Source: Eledone cirrhosa (lineage: Eukaryota). Taken from it: a DNA stretch of 64,000 bases. The notes under the pieces were generated by a model. That model saw only the letters and a program-made list of their open reading frames with translations. It was not told the origin of the DNA and did no database searches. The stretch lies in the NCBI GenBank assembly GCA_964016885.1, contig OZ024764.1, forward strand, positions 13,330,001 to 13,394,000, given 5' to 3'. Below, piece by piece: positions 55,456-64,000 of the stretch (position 1 is its first letter; each line of letters begins with the position of its first letter). The position numbers and the translations under genes are program-made.

Positions 55456-55591
55456 TCTCTCTCTCACTCTCTCTCTTTGTCATTCTCTCTCTCTCCCTCT
55501 CTCTCTCATTCTCACTCATTCTCTCTCTCTCTCCCGCTCTCTCTCTCACTCAGTCTCCCCCCCCCCTCTCTCTCTCTCTCCCTCTCTCTCT

Positions 55592-55663
<72 letters not shown>

Positions 55664-55690
55664 CTCTCTCTCTCCCTCTCCTTAATCCAG

Positions 55691-55840
55691 GATGACTTCA
55701 CAAGTGAGGACTTTGAGAACATGCCTGCAGCCCTCTTGTACAAAATGTTCAAATCCAAGTCTGAATATGTGCTTCATACTGCCATCCGGGTGAAACGAGA
55801 GGATGTGGTGTTCCTCTACTTGATCGAGTTCGATTCCCAG
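55691..55840 (+). CDS. ANKFY1: Rabankyrin-5 exon 6
   Basis: atccag|[50 protein letters not shown]|gtaagt. Confidence 0.97.
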
Positions 55841-55914
55841 GTAAGTAAACAAGGCCCTGGACTCCCCCCCCCCCCCTCATTGAAAGACTTTACTTCACAG
55901 GTAAACCATACCTG

Positions 55915-58332
55915 CTGGTTATAACCTGGTTATAAGAGGAATCAGATGTAGTGTGCTGGAGAGAAGACTGCTCTGGTAGGGACATGTGATGTGTATAGAT
56001 GATGATTGTTGGGTGAAGATGTACCAGGAGCTCTCTGTGGAAGGAAGCTGCTGTAGAGGAAGACCTGGTTATAAGAGGAATCAGATGTAGTGTGCTGGAG
56101 AGAAGACTGCTCTGGTAGGGACATGTGATGTGTATAGATGAGGATTGTTGGGTGAAGATGTACCAGGAGTTCTCTGTGGAAGGAAGCTGCTGTAGAGGAA
56201 GACCTGGTTATAAGAGGAATCAGATGTAGTGTGCTGGAGAGAAGACTGCTCTGGTAGGGACATGTGATGTGTATAGATGAGGATTGTTGGGTGAAGATGT
56301 ACCAGGAGTTCTCTGTGGAAGGAAGCTGCTGTAGAGGAAGACCTGGTTATAAGAGGAATCAGATGTAGTGTGCTGGAGAGAAGACTGCTCTGGTAGGGAC
56401 ATGTGATGTGTATAGATGAGGATTGTTGGGTGAAGATGTACCAGGAGTTCTCTGTGGAAGGAAGCTGCTGTAGAGGAAGACCTGGTTATAAGAGGAATCA
56501 GATGTAGTGTGCTGGAGAGAAGAATGCTCTGGTAGGGACATGTGATGTGTATAGATAAGGATTGTTGGGTGAAGATGTACCAGGAGTTCTCTGTGGAAGG
56601 AAGCTGCTGTAGAAGAAGACCTGGTTATAAGAGGAATCAGATGTAGTGTGCTGGAGAGAAGACTGCTCTGGTAGGGACATGTGATGTGTATAGATAAGGA
56701 TTGTTGGGTGAAGAAGTACCAGGAGCTCTCTGTGGAAGGAAGCTGCAGTAGAGGAAGATCTGGTTATAAGAGGAATCAGATGTAGTGTGCTGGAGAGAAG
56801 ACTGCTCTGGTAGGGACATGTGATGTGTATAGATAAGGATTGTTGGGTGAAGATGTACCAGGAGTTCTCTGTGGAAGGAAGCTGCTGTAGAAGAAGACCT
56901 GGTTATAAGAGGAATCAGATGTAGTGTGCTGGAGAGAAGACTGCTCTGGTAGGGACATGTGATGTGTATAGATGAGGATTGTTGGGTGAAGATGTACCAG
57001 GAGTTCTCTGTGGAAGGAAGCTGCTGTAGAGGAAGACCTGGTTATAAGAGGAGGAATCAGATGTAGTGTGCTGGAGAGAAGAATGCTCTGGTAGGGACAT
57101 GTGATGTGTATAGATAAGGATTGTTGGGTGAAGATGTACCAGGAGTTCTCTGTGGAAGGAAGCTGCTGTAGAAGAAGACCTGGTTATAAGAGGAATCAGA
57201 TGTAGTGTGCTGGAGAGAAGACTGCTCTGGTAGGGACATGTGATGTGTATAGATAAGGATTGTTGGGTGAAGAAGTACCAGGAGCTCTCTGTGGAAGGAA
57301 GCTGCAGTAGAGGAAGACCTGGTTATAAGAGGAATCAGATGTAGTGTGCTGGAGAGAAGACTGCTCTGGTAGGGACATGTGATGTGTATAGATAAGGATT
57401 GTTGGGTGAAGAAGTACCAGGAGCTCTCTGTGGAAGGAAGCTGCAGGAGAGGAAGACCTGGTTATAAGAGGAATCAGATGTAGTGTGCTGGAGAGAAGAC
57501 TGCTCTGGTAGGACATGTGATGTGTATAGATAAGGATTGTTGGTGAAGAAGTACAGGAGCTCTCTGTGGAAGGAAGCTGCAGTAGAGGAAGACCTGGTTA
57601 TAAGAGGAATCAGATGTAGTGTGCTGGAGAGAAGACTGCTCTGGTAGGGACATGTGATGTGTATAGATAAGGATTGTTGGGTGAAGAAGTACCAGGAGCT
57701 CTCTGTGGAAGGAAGCTGCAGTAGAGGAAGACCTGGTTATAAGAGGAATCAGATGTAGTGTGCTGGAGAGAAGACTGCTCTGGTAGGGACATGTGATGTG
57801 TATAGATAAGGATTGTTGGGTGAAGAAGTACCAGGAGCTCTCTGTGGAAGGAAGCTGCAGGAGAGGAAGACCTGGTTATAAGAGGAATCAGATGTAGTGT
57901 GCTGGAGAGAAGACTGCTCTGGTAGGGACATGTGATGTGTATAGATAAGGATTGTTGGGTGAAGAAGTACCAGGAGCTCTCTGTGGAAGGAAGCTGCAGT
58001 AGAGGAAGACCTGGTTATAAGAGGAATCAGATGTAGTGTGCTGGAGAGAAGACTGCTCTGGTAGGGACATGTGATGTGTATAGATAAGGATTGTTGGGTG
58101 AAGAAGTACCAGGAGCTCTCTGTGGAAGGAAGCTGCAGTAGAGGAAGACCTGGTATAAGAGGAATCAGATGTAGTGTGCTGGAGAGAAGACTGCTCTGGT
58201 AGGGACATGTGATGTGTATAGATAAGGATTGTTGGGTGAAGATGTACCAGGAGCTCTCAGTGGAAGGGAGCTGCAGTAGAGGAAGACCTAGGCAGAAAGA
58301 AAAAGCTGAGTGTAAGAGGAATCAGATGTAGT
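55915..58332. repeat. 139-bp minisatellite (~17 copies) in intron 6
   Basis: 139-bp periodicity of repeated ORFs and sequence. Confidence 0.97.
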
Positions 58333-58489
58333 GGGAGATATACCCCTGTCTGCCTGTCTTTGTCTGTGTCTTTCTCTATCTGTGTCTCCCTCTCAATCTC
58401 TCTCCCTCTCTCTCAGTTTCTCTTTCTCTCTTTCTCTCAGTCAGTCAAGTCACCCTCTCTCTCTCTCTCACCTCTCTTCTCATCTTCAG

Positions 58490-58653
58490 CTCAGTGTAAA
58501 ACTCAATGAGTTAGACACCCGTGGAGATATACCACTTGACCTGGCCCTGCTAAGTCGACAGGAGAGCATAGCTCTACTGCTGGTGACTCACAGGGCTGAC
58601 GTAAACCGCAAGACAACACAGGCGCAGTCTACTCCACAAAGCTATAAAGAGAG
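58490..58653 (+). CDS. ANKFY1: Rabankyrin-5 exon 7 (ankyrin repeats; apparent 2-nt loss near 58610-58622)
   Basis: cttcag|LSVKLNELDTRGDIPLDLAL..HRADVN then, in another frame, SLLHKAIKR|gtagg. Confidence 0.9.
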
Positions 58654-58689
58654 GTAGGTACTATTAATTCACTGGTTTCAGTCATACTT

Positions 58690-59612
58690 CAACCTCCACT
58701 CACAACACCGACCTATACTCATACTCAAATCTACCCACGCACCAAAATTTTTCACTTTACACTCAAACCGTTACACACACACACACACACACACACACTT
58801 AAATCTCCACACACACCAACCTCCACACACACTCCAACTGCCACTCATACTCCAAGCTCCACTCACACTCCAACCTCCACTCACACTCCAACCACCACTT
58901 ACACCTCCAACCTCCACTCACACTCTAAACTCCACTCACACCAACCTCCATGCGCACTCAAATCTCCACTCACACCCCAAGCTCCACTCACACCTCCAGC
59001 CTCCACTCACACCAACCTCCGCACGAACTCAAATCTCCTCCACTCCTCACACACACACACACACACTCAAATCTCCAGCCCTCCACTCGCACCAACCTCC
59101 GCACGCACTCAAATCTCCTCCACTCCTCACACACACACTCAAATTCTCCACTCACACCCCAAGCTCCACTTCTCACACACACACACACACTCAAATCTCC
59201 ACTCACACCCCAAGCTCCACTCACACTCCAGCCTCCACTCGCACCAACCTCCGCACGCACTCAAATCTCCTTCCACTCCTCACACACACCTCAAATCTCC
59301 ACTCACACCCCAAGCTCCACTCCTCACACACACACACACACTCAAATCTCCACTCACTCACACCCCGAGCTCCACTCACACTCCAGCCTCCACTCGCACC
59401 AACCTCCGCACGCACTCAAATTCTCCTCCACTCCTCACACACACACTCAAATCTCCACTCACACCCCCCAAGCTCCACTCACACTCCAGCCTCCACTCGC
59501 ACCAACCTCCGCACGCACTCGAATCTCCTTCCACTCCTCGCGCTCCACTCCGGCCTCCACACTCCTCAACACCCAAACCTCCACTCTACCCTTCAAGCCC
59601 CGCTCACACTCC
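58690..59612. repeat. C/A-rich degenerate minisatellite (ctccactcacac) in intron 7
   Basis: Direct inspection. Confidence 0.85.
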
Positions 59613-59635
59613 AACGTCCGTCTCCACTTCGACAG

Positions 59636-59841
59636 GGGATTCCTTCTCAGCGATTTTCCTCATCCGAAACAAGGCAGACCATCAACGCGATGACCCATCT
59701 TGATCAAGAAAGCCCACTGCACATGGTGGCTTCGTACCAGCCGGACGAGAGCACCGCGCAGCTGATCGAAGGCATGGCGCAGGTGTGCCAGGAACTGCTG
59801 CTCAACGGAGCCGATCCCAACGCCCAGTCCACAGACGGCAG
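59636..59841 (+). CDS. ANKFY1: Rabankyrin-5 exon 8 (ankyrin repeats; apparent +1 C at ~59680)
   Basis: gacag|GDSFSAIFLIRNKAD [c] INAMTHLDQESPLHMVA..LLLNGADPNAQSTDG|gtagg. Confidence 0.9.
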
Positions 59842-59877
59842 GTAGGTAGATTGGGAAAAAAAAAAACTGGAAATAGG

Positions 59878-59908
59878 ATCATTATCATTATCATTATCAT
59901 TATTATCA

Positions 59909-59939
<31 letters not shown>

Positions 59940-60665
59940 TATCATTATCATTATTATCATTATCATTATTATTATTATCATTATCATTATCATCATTATC
60001 ATTATTATAATTATCTGGCGGTGGATTGGCAGTATCGGTAGAGGTTCGGACGCCATGCTTTGACGCATAGAGTTACGGCCCTTGCCATTCTGAGTTCAAA
60101 TCCCGCCGAGGTTAACTTTGCCTTTCATCCTTACGGGGTCGATAAAATAAAGTACCAGTAATGTACTGGGTAATTTTCTGGCCTTGTGCCAATAGTAGAA
60201 ACAATTATCATTATTATAATTATCATTATTATCATTATCATTATCATTATTATCATTATCATTATCATCATTATCATTATTATTATTATCATTATTATCA
60301 TTATCATCATCATTATTATCATTATCATCATCATTATCATCATTATCATCATTATCATTATCATTATCATTATTATCATCATTATCATTATCATCATTAT
60401 CATTATCATTATCATTATTATCATTATCATTATGATCATTATCATTATTATTATTATTATTATCATTATTATCATTATCATCATCATTATCATCATCATT
60501 ATCATTATTATTATTATCATTATTATCATTATCATCATCATTATTATCATTATCATCATCATTATCATCATTATCATCATCATTATCATCATTATTATCA
60601 TTATCATCATTATCATTATCATTATTATCATTATCATTATCATCATTATCATTATCATCATTATC

Positions 60666-60697
<32 letters not shown>

Positions 60698-60760
60698 CAT
60701 TATCTTTGGTTGACTTTGCCTTTCATCCTTACGGGGTCGATAAAATAAAGTACCAGTAAT
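59878..60760. repeat. (ATT/ATC)n arrays flanking SINE family B (60018-60210) and a partial copy (60708-60760)
   Basis: Direct inspection. Confidence 0.9.
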
Positions 60761-60761
60761 A

Positions 60762-62415
60762 ATGTGAGATATTATGTGAGGTAAAGCCTTTACTGTGACA
60801 ATACAATAGTATATATAGAGTAATGTAAATGTTATGTGAGATATTATGTGAGGTAAAGCCTTTACTGTGAAAATACAATAGTATATATAGAGTAATGTAA
60901 ATGTTATGTGAGATATTATGTGAGGTAAAGCCATTACTGTGAAAATACAATAGTATATATAGAGTAATGTAAATGTTATGTGAGATATTATGTGAGGTAA
61001 AGCCTTTACTGTGACAATACAATAGTATATATAGAGTAATGTAAATGTTATGTGAGATATTATGTGAGGTAAAGCCTTTACTGTGAAAATACAATAGTAT
61101 ATATAGAGTAATGTAAATGTTATGTGAGATATTACGTGAGGTAAAGCCTTTACTGTGAAAATACAATAGTATATATAGAGTAATGTAAATGTTATGTGAG
61201 ATATTATGTGAGGTAAAGCCTTTAATGTGAAAATACAATAGTATATATAGAGTAATGTAAATGTTATGTGGGATATTATGTGAGGTAAAGCCTTTACTGT
61301 GATAATACAATAGTATATATAGAGTAATGTAAATGTTATGTGAGATATTATGTGAGGTAAAGCCTTTACTGTGAAAATACAATAGTATATATAGAGTAAT
61401 GTAAATGTTATGTGAGATATTATGTGAGGTAAAGCCTTTACTGTGAAAATACAATAGTATATATAGAGTAATGTAAATGTTATGTGAGATATTATGTGAG
61501 GTAAAGCCTTTACTGTGAAAATACAATAGTATATATAGAGTAATGTAAATGTTATGTGAGGTAAAGCCTTTACTATGAAAATACAATAGTATATATAGAG
61601 TAATGTAAATGTTATGTGAGATATTATGTGAGGCAAAGCCTTTACTGTGAAAATACAATAGTATATATAGAGTAATGTAAATGTTATGTGAGGTATTATG
61701 TGAGGTAAAGCCTTTACTGTGAAAATACAATAGTATATATAGAGTAATGTAGATATTATGTGAGGTATTATGTGAGGTAAAGCCTTTACTGTGAAAATAC
61801 AATAGTATATATGGAGTAATGTAAATGTTATGTGAGATATTATGTGAGGTAAAGCCTTTACTATGAAAATACAATAGTATATATAGAGTAATGTAAATGT
61901 TATGTGAGATATTATGTGAGGCAAAGCCTTTACTGTGAAAATACAATAGTATATATAGAGTAATATAAATGTTATGTGAGATATTATGTGAGGTAAAGCC
62001 TTTACTGTGAAAATACAATAGTATATATAGAGTAATGTAAATGTTATGTGAGATATTATGTGAGGTAAAGTCTTTACTGCCAAAATACAATAGTATATAT
62101 AGAGTAATGTAAATGTTATGTGAGATATTATGTGAGGTAAAGTCTTTACTGCCAAAATACAATAGTATATATAGAGTAATGTAAATGTTATGTGAGATAT
62201 TATGTGAGGTAAAGTCTTTACTGCCAAAATACAATAGTATATATAGAGTAATGTAAATGTTATGTGAGATATTATGTGAGGTAAAGTCTTTACTGCCAAA
62301 ATACAATAGTATATATAGAGTAATGTAAATGTTATGTGAGGTATTATGTGAGGTAAAGTCTTTACTGCCAAAATACAATAGTATATATAGAGTAATGTAA
62401 ATGCTAAAGGGTTAA
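60762..62415. repeat. 72-bp minisatellite (~23 copies) ending in piggyBac-type MITE terminus
   Basis: 24-codon periodicity; ends aatgctaaagggttaa. Confidence 0.95.
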
Positions 62416-62491
62416 AAAAATGTTTTCAGAACCTCTGGTTTAGTCTATCATGGTTTGCTAACTGAGTTCCATTCCGTCTTCTCCTTCACAG

Positions 62492-62618
62492 CACCCCGTT
62501 GCATCGGGCTGTTTCCAACAAGAACCGAGCTGTCTTCGATGTTCTTTTGAAGCATGGATGCTTAAACCTTGAATTGAAGAATGCCGATGGCCAAACGACT
62601 CTCTGGATGGCACTACAG
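62492..62618 (+). CDS. ANKFY1: Rabankyrin-5 exon 9 (ankyrin repeats); gene continues beyond window
   Basis: tcacag|STPLHRAVSNKNRAVFDVLLKHGCLNLELKNADGQTTLWMALQ|gtaagt. Confidence 0.95.
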
Positions 62619-62868
62619 GTAAGTAGTAGCAGGTGTTATATCATGCCCTGAGTGTGTGCCTGTAGTATCGTAGCAGGAAAACGGTAAGAGGGCGCTTGCC
62701 CTAGCAGTCAGGGTGGCTATGGCTTTTTGTGGGCTTTCTCCTTGATCTCATAACAGTCCCAAATCCTTTTTAATTCCTTGACAGTCCCAAATCCTTTTTA
62801 AATTTTAGGCTTCTTTTAGCTGGGAAGGGCAGGCAGTTTTTATAAGCCTGGTGGCCATGGCGAAAGAA

Positions 62869-63315
62869 GTCGCATGGCTTAATGGTTAGAACATTGGGCT
62901 TGCAATCGAAAGGTTGTGAGTTCAATTCTCGGACCGGGTGATGTGTTGTTTCCTTGAGCAAGACACTTTATTTCACATTGCTCCAGTTTACTCAGCTGTA
63001 GAAATGAGATGATAGGGACTGGGGTCCTTATCATTAAAATTACCCAAGACACCTCCAACGAGATATACCTTGGAGGAGGCCAGCTAAACCTGCATAGGTG
63101 TGAGCTGTAACAACATGATAGGACGGGGTCCTTATTAAAAATCACCCAAGACACCTCCAACGAGATATACCTTGGAGGAGGTCAGCTAAACCTGCATAGG
63201 TGTGAGCTGTAACAACATGATAGGACGGGGTCCTTATTAAAAATCACCCAAGACACCTCCAACGAGATATACCTTGGAGGAGGCCAGCTAAACCTGCATA
63301 GGTGTGAGCTGTAAC
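62869..63315 (+). mobile_element. SINE family A head followed by a 102-bp tandem repeat (~2.7 copies)
   Basis: Head and core as at 36772; repeats at 63043, 63145, 63247. Confidence 0.75.
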
Positions 63316-63841
63316 ACACAGATGGCGAACGAGGTTGTGTGGTGGACACGTTTGAAAGGGCTGAAGATGAGGACTTACCTCTTCGGTGATGGCCTGATTA
63401 ACTTTTTCAAATTTCATTTGAAAAGGAAAATCAGGGTGGAAAGGGTAGTGTTGCCTCCCCAGAAATTTGTTGAAAGATGGGTGAGAGAGGCAAGCATGGC
63501 CCGAGTGAATGGACCTACTCTGAGCGTGTGGCTATAAATTGGCGGTGGAAAACTGAGAGAGGGCACTTGGCCTGGTGGTCAGGGTAACCGTGGCTTTTTG
63601 TGGGCTTTCTCTACGAGTGACCCTTGGAAGTCTCCCCGCCATTGGGGAATTTTTCCTTGTTTCATTTTTTTTTTGTTACATCCTTTGTTTTTGTTTTTTA
63701 TATTTTTAATTTATTTTTTTTACATGCAGAAATGCCCATTTGTACTGCCCTCTACCGTCCTGTGCTGTCCTTAATGTTATATTTTATGTCAACCCTTGTG
63801 GTTAATAAAGAATGCATTATCATCATTATTATTATTATCAT

Positions 63842-63985
63842 AGTTACGTCCCTTTACGATCTGAGTTCAAATCCCGCCGAGGTTAACTTTGCCTTTCATC
63901 CTTACGGGGTCGATAAAATAAAGTACCAGTAATGCACTGGGTTATTGCTGGCCTTGTGCCTAAAGTAGAAACAATTATTATTATA
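63842..63985 (+). mobile_element. SINE family B (partial)
   Basis: As 14282. Confidence 0.8.
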
Positions 63986-64000
63986 ATCATTTGGCAGTAT

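Noticed and set aside
60131-62378. 746-aa and 549-aa ORFs; poly-His/Tyr ORF
   Set aside because: 72-bp satellite and ATT/ATC microsatellite read-through

Overview
Repeat-dominated, AT-rich animal genomic DNA. The SINE/LINE complement and dense (TA)n tracts suggest a cephalopod (octopus-like); this is an inference. Two host genes lie head-to-head. On +, the first nine coding exons (39229-62618) of ANKFY1/Rabankyrin-5 (coiled coil, BTB, BACK-like, ankyrin repeats), with apparent indels in exons 7-8. On -, the 5' exons (12918 to about 11695) of a probable NFATC2IP/NIP45-like gene. The rest is mobile or tandem DNA: a 5'-truncated Penelope-like element (RT + GIY-YIG) with an inverted microsatellite-like terminal repeat, RTE and CR1 LINE fragments, two SINE families, Helitron and piggyBac-type non-autonomous elements, many TE-derived minisatellites, and a ~6.2-6.5 kb unit repeated three times that carries a 27-bp binary-variant array. 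Two unexplained structures stand out. (1) At least 13 type I hammerhead-ribozyme folds from several sequence families: mostly palindromic stem III, stem II from 12 to about 115 nt, several as sense/antisense pairs in (TA)n-flanked foldbacks, one in sense inside an ANKFY1 intron. (2) A tandem array of 10-11 duplicated 3' splice-site cassettes directly upstream of ANKFY1 exon 4. Nearly all long ORFs in the supplied track are repeat artefacts.
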